Source: Candidatus Ozemobacteraceae bacterium
Lineage (GTDB): Bacteria > Muiribacteriota > Ozemobacteria > Ozemobacterales > Ozemobacteraceae
DNA: 64,000 bases
Assembly (NCBI GenBank): GCA_965140445.1
Contig: OZ223236.1
Coordinates: 3,138,498 to 3,202,497, forward strand
Direction of reading: 5' to 3'
Positions 29,561 through 40,007 of this stretch are shown in pieces. Every line of letters starts with the position of its first letter. Within the stretch, counting starts at the first letter, position 1. A model generated the notes under the pieces. The model made no database searches and was not told the origin of the DNA. It was given only the letters and a program-made list of their open reading frames with translations. The translations under genes and the position numbers were made by a program.

Positions 29561-29718
29561 AATTTGAGCTCAATTTCATGCTTTAACAATGACTGAATAA
29601 TAGGAGATTCTTTGCTATTTTAGAAATAATCTGGTTGAGAGTTTTTTATTAAATTATAGAGATGATTTGTATAGTATAATAATAGAATATAAATACGGAT
29701 CATGAGGAGGTTCAGATA

Positions 29719-29937
29719 ATGAATCATAGCGTTCAGGATCAATCAGATATTTTTTCGCAGATTACAGAGGAATTGAAATCTTGTATTAAGCATAGCGAGG
29801 CATCTCAAGAACATTTTTCTGAAGGAGAAGTGCCGAGAGGTTGTGCACATGCTTTTGCTTTAGATGGGCACCTGGCCAAAATCTCATTTCTTTTGGAACA
29901 AGCCAAAAAGAAGCATGCTGAAATGGCTAAGTTTTAG
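29719..29937 (+). CDS. small acidic hypothetical protein
   Basis: 72 aa, RBS-like GAGGAGG upstream. Lies 23 nt before a GNAT gene. Confidence 0.35.
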   Translation: MNHSVQDQSDIFSQITEELKSCIKHSEASQEHFSEGEVPRGCAHAFALDGHLAKISFLLEQAKKKHAEMAKF

Positions 29938-29960
29938 CTGAAAGCTTAAAAATCATTCTT

Positions 29961-30410
29961 TTGAAAGAAAAAATTAAGTTAATAGAAGTTGATAAACAAA
30001 ATTGGGTTGATTGCATCAACCTTTCTTTGTCTGTACACCAAGAGGGTTATTTAGCAAGCAATGTTGCTACCATAGCAGAATCCAAGTTTGAGAGTCACTA
30101 TAACCTTCGAGCTATCACTTTTAACGACAAAGTTATAGGTATGCTCGCATTTTGTAAGGATTTAGAAATTCTTGAAACCCCGGTTTTCTGGCTTTTCAGG
30201 TTTATGATTGACAAACAATTTCAAGGTAAGGGTTTGGGAAATATAGCTTTGAATCTTGTTATTAAGGAAATTCAAGGTCTTGGAGCTCAAAAGATTTTAA
30301 CAATGTGTAAGCCAGAGAATTCTGGTGCCTTTCATTTGTATAAAAAAAATGGTTTTAAATTTGCCGGTTTACTTGAGGATGGAGATTCTTTATTGGAGAA
30401 GAGGCTATAA
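29961..30410 (+). CDS. GNAT-family N-acetyltransferase
   Basis: Motif A QFQGKGLGNIALNLVIKEI. The C-terminal YKKNGFKF is typical of the GNAT fold. Its stop overlaps the next gene start (ATAATGG). Confidence 0.75.
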   Translation: MKEKIKLIEVDKQNWVDCINLSLSVHQEGYLASNVATIAESKFESHYNLRAITFNDKVIGMLAFCKDLEILETPVFWLFRFMIDKQFQGKGLGNIALNLVIKEIQGLGAQKILTMCKPENSGAFHLYKKNGFKFAGLLEDGDSLLEKRL

Positions 30411-33301
30411 TGGGAAATAAAGACATAAGTAAACTTTGTGTTTGTTTTTTGTTTCTTATTATTTTAGTCCCACAAATTTGTTTTTCACAAGATATACCTG
30501 GCAAGGCCAGAGTTTTGAAATCAAGCAGTGAGCTAGATTATCCACCTTTCGCTATAGTGACTCCAGATGGTAAAGCAGATGGCTTTTCTGTAGAGTTGTT
30601 AAGAGCGGTTGCTGAAGCGGTACATTTTGATGTTGAATTTCCGATTGGCCCATGGCATGAGATAAAAAAGAAACTGGAAGCTGGCGAAATTGATGTGCTG
30701 CCGCTTGTTTCATATTCTTCTGAAAGAGAAAAATATTTTGACTTTACTGTCCCGTATTTAAGAATGCACGGGACTATTTTTATAAGAGATACAGAAAAAA
30801 CTATTAAATCCGAGGAAGACCTTAAAGGAAAAGAAGTCCTGATAATGCGAGATGACACTGCTCACGAATATTTGTTGAGTCGAAATTTAGGCTGCAAAAT
30901 AATTCTTACAAAAGATTTTGAAGAAGCTATGAAAAAACTTTCGGAAGGAAAACATGATGCAGTTGTAATTCAACAATTGGTCGGTCTGCAAATAATTAAA
31001 AGATTAAATCTAAATAATCTTATAGTTGCAAACTCTGTTGAGGAATCTAGCATTAAACCAATTGGAAAGCCTCTTTGTGGATTTGAACAAAAATTCTGTA
31101 TTGCAGTTAAAGAAGGCAATAAAGAGCTTTTAGCTCTTATAAATGAAGGCCTTGCTCTTGTTATCGCTAACGGAAAATATAACCGACTTTATGACAAGTG
31201 GTTTGGACCTATTTTTTACAAAAAATCAGTTTTACCAATTAGCTTTAAGTCTCTTTTTATTGGCATAGTGACATTTTTTTTACTTTCTCTGGCAATAGGT
31301 GTCTGGTATCTGAGGCGTGAAGTAGAGCGAAAGACCAAGCATTTAAAAGAAGAAATACTGGAAAGAAAAATTATTGAGCAGGAGTATGTTAAATCACAGG
31401 AGTTTCTTGAAAGGGTTATTCAATCGAGTCCAATTCCTATGTGGATATCAGACCCTGAAGGAAATATTCTTATTGTAAATGAAGCCTTGTGCAAAACCTT
31501 AGATATAAGCAAATCACATGTTGTTGGGAATTATAATATTTTTAATGATGAAAATTTAATTAGAGAAGGGGTGCTGGAAGACGTAAAAAATGTTTATAAG
31601 AACTTTCAACCCTTTCAAGCAAACCTTAATTGGGTAAGTGGTGAGGCCAGGGAAATAGAATATAAAGAAGAAAAAAATCTTTATATTAGTGCAACCTTTT
31701 TTCCAATTGATGATAATGGTGTATTGAAAAATGTTGTTTGTCAGTGGATTGATATTACAGAAAAAAGAAAAGCGGAACTTGAGCTAAAGGAAAAAGAAAG
31801 ATTTTTAACTAATTTGCTGGATGTAATACCCATACCTGTTTTCTATAAGGATAGAGAAGGAAGATACATGGGTATTAATAAGGCTTATCAAGAATTCTGG
31901 AAGGTTGATAAATGCGACGTTTTAGGAAAAACTACAGCAGAAATACATCCTCTGGAGTTTACCAATTTGTCCAAAAAAATTGATGATGAGATTTATTTAA
32001 ACAAAGGTTCCAGAACATATGAAAACTCTTTAAAAATGGCTAATGGTGAGATTAGAGAATGTATTTACACTAAAGCAACATTTTGCGATGCAGAGGGTAA
32101 GACAATCGGTTTAATTGGTACAATAATGGATATCACTGAGAGAAAGAGAATTGAAGAACAACTTCAGCACGCTCAGAAAATGACGGCAATAGAAAATCTT
32201 GCTGGTGGAATTGCACATGATTTTAATAACCTTTTAAGTGTAATAATTGGGAATATTTCTTTTGTTCTTAATGAATTTGTGGAAAATATTGAAAATAAGA
32301 AAATGTTAAATTCAGCATTGGAAGGGGCAAAAAAGGCCCAAGGCTTAACTCAACAATTGCTTACATTTGCAAAGGGTGGGGCACCAATTAAAAAAATTGC
32401 AGATTTAAATAAATTGATTATTGAAGCACGAGACTTTGTTATCAGTGGCTCCAAGTCTAAATGTGATGTAAAGCTTGATTCTGAGCTCTTGAATGCAGAG
32501 GTTGATGCTGGCCAGATTCATCAAGTTTTGTGTAATTTACTTATAAATGCAAATCAGGCTATGCCAAATGGTGGTTCCATTTCAATTAGTTCCAGTAATA
32601 TTGAGATAGAAAACAAATCGGATATTTCTTTGCCAAAGGGCAAATTTGTTAAAATCTCAATAAAAGACGAGGGTGTGGGCATTTCCAAGGAAGATTTAGA
32701 AAAGATTTTCGATCCATTTTTTACAACCAAGGAAAACGGTAACGGATTAGGATTGGCTACCACTTATTCAATTATTAAGCAGCATGGTGGGCTTATAACC
32801 GTTGAATCGGAAGAAAAAAAAGGAACCTGTTTTAATATTTACCTTCCAGCAACTAACAAAACGATCTTGATAGATGATTGTAAACCAGGAAAAATGCACC
32901 ATGGGCAAGGCAGAATTCTCATAATGGATGATATGGAAGATATTTCTACAATGCTCGGAAAATTGCTTTCTCGTATGGGGTATGACACAGTTTCTGTGTG
33001 CGACGGAAAACAAGCAATTGAAGTTTATAAAAAAGCCCTAAATTCTCCAGAACCTTTTGGCCTTGTTATTTTGGATCTAACCGTTCCTGGTGGAATGGGA
33101 GGTGCGGCAACCATAATTGAATTAAAGAAAATTGATCCCAAGGTAAAAGCTGTAGTTTCAAGTGGATATTCTAATGATCCAATTATGGCAAATTATGAAG
33201 ATTATGGTTTTATAGGCGTCGTGGCCAAACCCTACGAAAGAAAAGAATTTGTTGAATTGTTAAATGTCGTGTTTAAAAATGATCAATGCAATAAAACGTA
33301 A
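30410..33301 (+). CDS. hybrid sensor histidine kinase with periplasmic SBP_bac_3 (amino-acid-binding-type) sensor, PAS domains and C-terminal receiver
   Basis: Signal peptide. SBP_bac_3-like domain (aa 30-260). TM. Two or three PAS domains. H-box IENLAGGIAHDFNNLL. HATPase_c. Receiver ILIMDDMEDI...LVILDLTVPGGMGG. Confidence 0.85.
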   Translation: MGNKDISKLCVCFLFLIILVPQICFSQDIPGKARVLKSSSELDYPPFAIVTPDGKADGFSVELLRAVAEAVHFDVEFPIGPWHEIKKKLEAGEIDVLPLVSYSSEREKYFDFTVPYLRMHGTIFIRDTEKTIKSEEDLKGKEVLIMRDDTAHEYLLSRNLGCKIILTKDFEEAMKKLSEGKHDAVVIQQLVGLQIIKRLNLNNLIVANSVEESSIKPIGKPLCGFEQKFCIAVKEGNKELLALINEGLALVIANGKYNRLYDKWFGPIFYKKSVLPISFKSLFIGIVTFFLLSLAIGVWYLRREVERKTKHLKEEILERKIIEQEYVKSQEFLERVIQSSPIPMWISDPEGNILIVNEALCKTLDISKSHVVGNYNIFNDENLIREGVLEDVKNVYKNFQPFQANLNWVSGEAREIEYKEEKNLYISATFFPIDDNGVLKNVVCQWIDITEKRKAELELKEKERFLTNLLDVIPIPVFYKDREGRYMGINKAYQEFWKVDKCDVLGKTTAEIHPLEFTNLSKKIDDEIYLNKGSRTYENSLKMANGEIRECIYTKATFCDAEGKTIGLIGTIMDITERKRIEEQLQHAQKMTAIENLAGGIAHDFNNLLSVIIGNISFVLNEFVENIENKKMLNSALEGAKKAQGLTQQLLTFAKGGAPIKKIADLNKLIIEARDFVISGSKSKCDVKLDSELLNAEVDAGQIHQVLCNLLINANQAMPNGGSISISSSNIEIENKSDISLPKGKFVKISIKDEGVGISKEDLEKIFDPFFTTKENGNGLGLATTYSIIKQHGGLITVESEEKKGTCFNIYLPATNKTILIDDCKPGKMHHGQGRILIMDDMEDISTMLGKLLSRMGYDTVSVCDGKQAIEVYKKALNSPEPFGLVILDLTVPGGMGGAATIIELKKIDPKVKAVVSSGYSNDPIMANYEDYGFIGVVAKPYERKEFVELLNVVFKNDQCNKT

Positions 33302-33386
33302 TTGATAATTTAGTAATCGTATTCCAAGATTTTGAAAGCATTATGACTTCAAACTTTTTGGCTTTGTTAATCAAGAAAGGCAAGCT

Positions 33387-33929
33387 ATGAATCAAATCCT
33401 TAGATACTTTGTGATCTTGGAATTTGAAGATTCTTCTTTAAAAAAAATTGGAGAAAAATTTTCAAAAAAAACATCATTATCCACTGCATTAAGATTCTCA
33501 GAAGATCTCCATTTCACTCTTTTGTATTTACCAAACTTTGATAACGATAAAGAAGAAATTGTGACACACTTCAAAAATAAATATAAAAGTCTGAGGGATA
33601 TAAAGATTCGAGTCGATTCTTTTAGATTCTGGAAAGATTCATTAATTATGGATGTTGAAAAGTCAGATTCCCTTTATTCATTTCACCATTCTATGGTTAA
33701 CGATCTTCCAAAAAACTTGAGATGCGAAAATAAAAATTTTAACTCATGGTCTCCACATTTTGGAGTCGCTAAAATTAATCCAGAAAAATTTTCAGATGAA
33801 ACCAAAAAAATTATTGATTCAGCCGTAAAAGAAATTCGTAATGAAATCTTGTCTTTTAAGGGTTTCAGGATAACGCGGCTAGTAGGAAAAGATTTTGAAA
33901 CTTTGTTTTCATCTAAATTAGTTAGCTAG
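33387..33929 (+). CDS. hypothetical protein, possible 2H-phosphoesterase-like fold
   Basis: One HxTx motif (HFTLLYL). The second motif is degenerate (SPHFGVAK). Weak assignment. Confidence 0.35.
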   Translation: MNQILRYFVILEFEDSSLKKIGEKFSKKTSLSTALRFSEDLHFTLLYLPNFDNDKEEIVTHFKNKYKSLRDIKIRVDSFRFWKDSLIMDVEKSDSLYSFHHSMVNDLPKNLRCENKNFNSWSPHFGVAKINPEKFSDETKKIIDSAVKEIRNEILSFKGFRITRLVGKDFETLFSSKLVS

Positions 33930-34149
33930 ATCCCAATTTTTGGGATCAATCAGGGTCACTATAAAATCATTGAGGAAAAAATGGGAATGAAGATTACTCA
34001 AATTTTTTCATCAAAAATTAGATGTAAAAACCAAAAAAGAAAAAAAAGGTAAGAAGGCTTTCAAATGCATTTGATGACAAATTTATGGCAACTTAGTATT
34101 TAAAAACCAACCCAACCTGTTAAAAGATTAATAGCCTAGAGAATTATCT

Positions 34150-35502
34150 TTATCCTTGAAGAGGATTTTGAAAAATCATCCTGTTGTATTTGTGTTTAAA
34201 ACCAAATTTTTCGTAAAGCTTCTTGGCCCCACTGTTGTCAAGGTCAACATGAAGAGAAATATTCCCCTGGGAAAATTCAATTGCAGATTCTATTAATGAG
34301 CTTGCAATTCCTCTGCCTTTTCTACCTTTATGAGTTCCTATATAAGCTAGATGATAAGTCGGAATAAATTCTTTAAATCCCATATTCACCACAACAGTAA
34401 TACCCTGAACTTCTGAATTCATGGTTGCTATGAAAATAGCTCCTCGTTCCATTGCGTTTTCTATAGCATTATCTACACATTCACTAGGATCTGAATATTG
34501 GACAAGAAAGCTATCAACAAGTTTCCTTAGATCGCTTAGTGAATATTCTTTGAAATCAGTAACTCTTTTTACTGAAACGTCTGATTTACCATCATTTAAA
34601 ATGATTACATGTCTTCCATCTTTTAGCTTATTTTGTTTCGCCATTTTGTAAAAACCAGCAAAGCTATAAGCGTCTTCAGTAGACAATTTAATAAATTCTT
34701 TATTTTTTAGTAAATTAGCTGATTCTTTCAGCAAACTTTCATTAATGGTAATGATTTCTCCTTCAGTGTCTCTGATTGCCTTTAATGTTTCTTCTAGGAG
34801 CTCGGTATCTTCAATAAAAAGATGCTTAGAAAATTTATTCAGTTTTAAATCATATTCTTCGATATCAACAATTTGATTTCGCTTTTTATAATCTTCATAC
34901 ACAATGTTTCCTTTAGGAATAGTGCACGAATAGATTTGAGGAAGCTTTAAAAGGTCGCCTTTTGCCCAGCCTCTAAAAAAGCTATTATACAGACTTGATA
35001 CAGTGTAGCCGTATCCCAACTGAAGAAAAACTGTTGAAAAATGATCAAATTTTTGGAGTAATTCCTCGCCGATTTGTTCTAGAGCGAGCATGGATAAATG
35101 CTTGTTATAGTATCCATTGACCGCGTTGTAATGCTTTTTTTCTTCGCAAAGCATTTCAATTACTTTTAATTGATTTGCAGGCTTGGTGTTTCGCAGATCA
35201 ATTAGATGATTTTCTTCATAAGCACTTAGTTTCCAGGATTGCCCTGAAAAAAGAGGGATAAAAGTCTCAATTTCCTCTAAATCAGCAAACGCTTTTATTG
35301 AATTAATAAATCGTCTTGGCCCATCAATTAAAATTGATTTTCTTTTCCAGGCTTTGGCATCTTTAACCATTAGTTCGCCAATACGATTAAACTTGTGTCC
35401 GAAAGGGTTGGCACCCTCTAATTTAAAATAAATTTCTTTTACGCCCAATATTGATTCAAGTTTTTTGGCCCTAAAAAGTGGGGTCCTACCAGATTTGTTC
35501 AT
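34150..35502 (-). CDS. two-domain protein: N-terminal PLP-dependent (Trp-synthase-beta-like fold) domain + C-terminal GNAT acetyltransferase
   Basis: N-terminus EIYFKLEGANPFGHKFNR resembles YLKLEGLNPTGSFKDR. The C-terminus has GNAT motif A RKGRGIASSLIE and ...YEKFGFK. Confidence 0.5.
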   Translation of the reverse strand: MNKSGRTPLFRAKKLESILGVKEIYFKLEGANPFGHKFNRIGELMVKDAKAWKRKSILIDGPRRFINSIKAFADLEEIETFIPLFSGQSWKLSAYEENHLIDLRNTKPANQLKVIEMLCEEKKHYNAVNGYYNKHLSMLALEQIGEELLQKFDHFSTVFLQLGYGYTVSSLYNSFFRGWAKGDLLKLPQIYSCTIPKGNIVYEDYKKRNQIVDIEEYDLKLNKFSKHLFIEDTELLEETLKAIRDTEGEIITINESLLKESANLLKNKEFIKLSTEDAYSFAGFYKMAKQNKLKDGRHVIILNDGKSDVSVKRVTDFKEYSLSDLRKLVDSFLVQYSDPSECVDNAIENAMERGAIFIATMNSEVQGITVVVNMGFKEFIPTYHLAYIGTHKGRKGRGIASSLIESAIEFSQGNISLHVDLDNSGAKKLYEKFGFKHKYNRMIFQNPLQG

Positions 35503-35835
35503 TTTTCATCCTCCACATTGCCGAAAGGTATAATGCAAGAAAGAAAACTTGCGAAAAAATATTCAATTAAAAATTTAGGAATGGATCCTATTCTTTTTTT
35601 ATGGTGCCTGCTTAAATTTAGCAAAAATGGCATATCAGCAACATACACATTGTAACATAAAATCAGAAAAAAATCTTAGTCCTTGCATGGGTGGAAAGAA
35701 ACAAAGAATTCAAAAGAATCTAAATATGAAAACTACTTTTCAATACAATACTGAAATGTTTTTTAGTTAATAGAGGTTTCTGGGTATAAAATTGGAAAGA
35801 TTACTAATTCTGGAAGCCCAAGAAAGTCTTAAACT

Positions 35836-37083
35836 TTAGTTTTGTGAAAGCTCTTGAACCCAATCTCTAAAATCTTTTTGAAACTCAGGAATAGACTTTT
35901 TAGTTACACTGAATAAAGCTTCCTCTTCTGTTTGTCCATTTTTTATATTGTTGATAATGGTTCTGGGAGCCGCAAAAGTAAAATTCTGAATAAGATATCG
36001 CGCATACAATTCAGCCAGCATATATGCAGAACTGACTCTTTCATGGGCTGACTTAGATAAGCTTCTAATTTTACCAAACTCCTCTTCAAGCTCTTTAATT
36101 GACATTAGATTTTCGGGAACAATGGCAATAGGCTTAAAAGAATGGTATGTGTCATTTTTGTGTTCAGCAAAGCCTGCCAAACCCTCATTTAACCAGGTTG
36201 GACATTTACCTTTACCTTGTATGAAAATAATATTATGGGTGAATTCGTGAATAATGGTTGGCTTTGCTGTAAAAATGGCATTTGAATGTGTTCTTTCAAA
36301 TCTATTTGCTGGTAAAATCATCGATTTGCCCGTCATTGCAAATCCGCCAGCCCATGAAGTTGGTTTTATTTCTTCAAACTTGTCTGGATTTAAAACAATT
36401 ATAGAGGTTCGATATGCTGGAATACATTCCAAATCACCAGTAACCTGGTTGTAAATATCCTCTAATCTCTCATTAGTTAATTCATCGACAATAAAGGAAT
36501 ATTCTCCGGATGCGGGTGTGTAGATGATAAAGCGCTGACGTTGTTGCATAACCATGGCGTTTTTTGATGCCATTCTTTCAAGTTGAAGAAAAACATTTTC
36601 CTTTAATTCTTTTAACTCAGGATCATTTTTTTCTCCAATTATTTGTCTAAGGGTTTCCCAGCATGAAACCTCATCTGCAGACTGCTTTAATGCACAATGA
36701 CATGTTGCAAGCAGCTTTAGAGAATCCAGATCCTCAGGTTTTAGTTCTAAAGCCTTTTTCAACCTGGGGATAGCTTGCGTATAATCATTTAACTCATTGG
36801 CAAGGTATTCACCGTGGCGGAAAAACAACTCATAGGAATCAGAAAAAATTTCCTCTGCCAAAAAAAGGAATTGACGGTTTTCCTCAGGAATTTCAGTTAC
36901 AGGTTCTCCCTTTAAAACAGGGCGCAGCATTTTTTCTATTTTATCAATTTTTTCTTGAGTTAGCCCTTCAAAGCTTGTTTGTGAAAAAGTTTGGCTGCAA
37001 CTAAGGACCAGGAAAAAAGAAAAAAAGAAGATAACCTTCGCTTTTAAAAAACCAGTGAAGTACATAAAGCCCCCTAATTGCAT
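35836..37083 (-). CDS. secreted TPR-containing protein with HExxH (HEFTH) zinc-metallopeptidase-like motif
   Basis: Signal peptide. TPR-like helices (LKKALELKPEDLDSLKLLATCH). TIIHEFTHNIIF plus a downstream NEGLAGF (possible third ligand region). Confidence 0.5.
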   Translation of the reverse strand: MQLGGFMYFTGFLKAKVIFFFSFFLVLSCSQTFSQTSFEGLTQEKIDKIEKMLRPVLKGEPVTEIPEENRQFLFLAEEIFSDSYELFFRHGEYLANELNDYTQAIPRLKKALELKPEDLDSLKLLATCHCALKQSADEVSCWETLRQIIGEKNDPELKELKENVFLQLERMASKNAMVMQQRQRFIIYTPASGEYSFIVDELTNERLEDIYNQVTGDLECIPAYRTSIIVLNPDKFEEIKPTSWAGGFAMTGKSMILPANRFERTHSNAIFTAKPTIIHEFTHNIIFIQGKGKCPTWLNEGLAGFAEHKNDTYHSFKPIAIVPENLMSIKELEEEFGKIRSLSKSAHERVSSAYMLAELYARYLIQNFTFAAPRTIINNIKNGQTEEEALFSVTKKSIPEFQKDFRDWVQELSQN

Positions 37084-37400
37084 AATCCTAAGTATAGCGG
37101 TATCTTTTTAATGTCGTCAAACTTTAGAAAATATGCTGCTGTTTGGAATAATAGAGCTCTGCTTAATTTTTTTCTTTAAGTGAAATTTAGAAACGTTATA
37201 AAATTTTAAGGATTTGGCGAAATTTTTAACACCCTTGGCAGACCATTACATGCTTAAAAAAAATAGCTTAAAAATAAAAACATTAAAATATCCGTTCATT
37301 TGTTAAAATTGTACGTAAGTAAGACTTTTTGTACATAAAAAACTTTTTGTTTTCCAGGATTTCTTGCCTTTACTAAATTGTAAAAGTTGTGGTGATTTAA

Positions 37401-39938
37401 ATGCCTGAAAAACCTGTTTCAAAAGCTTTTGAAGAGAGATCGGATAGTTTGGGATTGGATTTTGAAGACGGGATTGTTAAGCCAAAATTTGATGAAATTT
37501 TTGACATCTCTGATGTTCAAAAGGCACAAGACCTATTTTCATTAGCAACTGGAATAGCATCGGTTATAACAACGCTTGACGGGAAGATTATAACTCAGAC
37601 CAGCAATTGCTGTAAATTATGTAACGACATAATAAGGAAAAACCAAAAGGGGCTTTCAGAGTGTTTCTTGTCTAACCCCAGCAAGCTTATTCTTGAAAAT
37701 GAAGAGACAATTTTTTCCGGTTGTAAATGCTATGGTTTACTTGAAGCCAGAGCCTCTATTAATGTCAATGGCATTGCTGTGGCTAATTGGTTTATTGGGC
37801 CAATTAGAGATAAAAATGTTGATGATGAAATTTTCGTGGATTTTGCAAAAAGGTTAGGGGTTAGCGAAAACGCTTTTTTTAAAGAACTCAAAGAAATAAA
37901 AGCAATGGGAATTGAGCAGTTTAAAGCGATTACCAATCTTTTAATTGCAAAAGCAAATCAAATTTCTAAGGACGCATTGAAAAAAATCCAGCAGGAAAGT
38001 TTAGTTTTAAAACAAAAAAATACAGAAAGGGAGATTAAGAGAAATCAGGAGCTTCAAAGCAAAATGATCGCAAATATTGGCGATGTTATTGTGATCATTG
38101 GCCGAGATGGAATTGTAAAATATAAAAGTCCAAACATTGAAAAGTGGTTTGGTTGGAAGGTAAAAGAAATTGTTGGTAAAAGCGTCTGGTATAACATTCA
38201 TCCTGATGATCTTGATTTTGCTAAAGCATTTATTAAATCCCTCCTGGAAAAAGAATCTTCCATAGGCTCTGCTGAATGCAGATACCGGTGTAAAGATGGA
38301 ACTTATAAGTGGATAGAATTTACTGGTAATAATTTACTGCATGATCCAGATATAAATGGAATTTTGGGAAATTACCATCAAATAACTGAAAGAAAAAATG
38401 CTGAGAAAATGCTCCTTGAAAGTGAAACCAGGTTTAAAGCTTTACATAATGCCTCTTTTGGAGGAATTGCAATCCACGATAAGGGAGTTATTCTGGAATG
38501 TAATAATGGCCTTGCTGAAATGTCTGGATATTCATTTGAAGAATTGATTGGAATGGATGGTCTGAAATTAATTGCGGAGAAAGCAAGACCATTAGTTCTT
38601 GAAAAAATACTTTCAGGTGATGAAAAACCTTACGAAGCAATTGGATTAAGAAAAAATGGCGAAGAATACCCAATTAGGCTGGAGGCCAGAAATGTACCCT
38701 ACAAGGGAAAGATGGTTAGAACTGTAGAATTTAGAGATATTACGGAAGGAAAGCTGGCCGAAAAAGAAAGAGACAGACTTCAGTCTCAACTGATTCAAGC
38801 TCAGAGGCTTGAATCTATTGGTAGGCTTGCTGGAGGTGTTGCCCATGATTTTAACAATATGCTCACAGTAATCATCGGTTATACCCAGGCATCCTTAGAC
38901 GAAATTGATGAAAACTCACCAATTCATGATAGTTTAATCGAAATTCTTAAAGCTGCAGAGCGCTCCGCTGACATTACGGCACAATTGTTGGCTTTTGCTA
39001 GAAAACAAACGATTTCTCCAAAAGTAGTTAATTTAAATGAAGCAGTTGAAAATATATTGCAGATGTTGCGCAGACTCATCGGCGAAGATATTGCTTTGAT
39101 TTGGAAACCAACCAATAGCACTTGCCTGGTAAAAATAGATCCTTCTCAAATAGATCAAATTTTGGCTAATCTATGTGTAAACTCAAAAGATGCAATTGAT
39201 GGAATAGGTAAAATTGAGATTGAAACTAAAATAATTAATTTTGATTTAGAGTTTTGTTCTCAAAACGAAGGATATAAGCCTGGAGATTACGTGTGCATTT
39301 CAATTGCCGATAATGGATCTGGGATGGACCAAGATACTCTAAAAAATTCCTTAGAGCCTTTTTTTACCACTAAAGGAGTGGGGAAGGGCACAGGATTGGG
39401 TTTAGCTACCGTTTACGGAATTGTTAAACAAAATGAAGGTTTTTTAAAATTGGAAAGTAAAATTGGTGAAGGGACCTGTTTAAAAATCTTTTTGCCAGCT
39501 CAAAAGGATGCGATTAGTAACCATTTAGGGAATGACTTTTCTGATGAAAGCTTCCCTGAGGGAACAGAAACTATTCTATTAGTAGAAGATGAACCAGCAA
39601 TCTTGAAGATGACCAATTCTATGCTTGAAAAACAAGGATATAAAATTTTTGCTTCAAATAATCCATTAGAAACAATTAATCTGGTAAAAAGTATAAAAAA
39701 CAAAGTTGATTTGCTTATTTCAGATGTTGTCATGCCTGAAATGAATGGTTTAGAGCTTTCAAAGATATTAAGAAAACAGTTCCCAGAGATGAAAATACTT
39801 TTTGTATCAGGATATACTGCAAATATAATGGAAAACAAAGGGGCTCTTGAAGATGGATATCACTTTCTTCAAAAGCCTTTTTCAAAGATTGAATTTCAAA
39901 AAAAAATAAGAGAAGTAATAGAAGATTCTAATTCCTGA
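37401..39938 (+). CDS. hybrid sensor histidine kinase with N-terminal PocR sensory domain, PAS domains and receiver
   Basis: PocR-like segment [31 protein letters not shown]...CFLSN...GCKCYGLLE. Two PAS domains. H-box [16 protein letters not shown]. HATPase_c. Receiver [11 protein letters not shown]...[13 protein letters not shown]. Confidence 0.85.
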   Translation: MPEKPVSKAFEERSDSLGLDFEDGIVKPKFDEIFDISDVQKAQDLFSLATGIASVITTLDGKIITQTSNCCKLCNDIIRKNQKGLSECFLSNPSKLILENEETIFSGCKCYGLLEARASINVNGIAVANWFIGPIRDKNVDDEIFVDFAKRLGVSENAFFKELKEIKAMGIEQFKAITNLLIAKANQISKDALKKIQQESLVLKQKNTEREIKRNQELQSKMIANIGDVIVIIGRDGIVKYKSPNIEKWFGWKVKEIVGKSVWYNIHPDDLDFAKAFIKSLLEKESSIGSAECRYRCKDGTYKWIEFTGNNLLHDPDINGILGNYHQITERKNAEKMLLESETRFKALHNASFGGIAIHDKGVILECNNGLAEMSGYSFEELIGMDGLKLIAEKARPLVLEKILSGDEKPYEAIGLRKNGEEYPIRLEARNVPYKGKMVRTVEFRDITEGKLAEKERDRLQSQLIQAQRLESIGRLAGGVAHDFNNMLTVIIGYTQASLDEIDENSPIHDSLIEILKAAERSADITAQLLAFARKQTISPKVVNLNEAVENILQMLRRLIGEDIALIWKPTNSTCLVKIDPSQIDQILANLCVNSKDAIDGIGKIEIETKIINFDLEFCSQNEGYKPGDYVCISIADNGSGMDQDTLKNSLEPFFTTKGVGKGTGLGLATVYGIVKQNEGFLKLESKIGEGTCLKIFLPAQKDAISNHLGNDFSDESFPEGTETILLVEDEPAILKMTNSMLEKQGYKIFASNNPLETINLVKSIKNKVDLLISDVVMPEMNGLELSKILRKQFPEMKILFVSGYTANIMENKGALEDGYHFLQKPFSKIEFQKKIREVIEDSNS

Positions 39939-39954
39939 CGATTTTAAATGATAT

Positions 39955-39994
39955 AAAAAACCGCGCCTTAATAAAAAGGCGCGGTTTCTTTTAC
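39955..39994. terminator. bidirectional rho-independent terminator
   Basis: aaaaaa-ccgcgcctt-aataaaa-aggcgcgg-tttctttt lies between convergent genes. Confidence 0.7.
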
Positions 39995-40007
39995 TTCTAC
40001 GTAGAAA

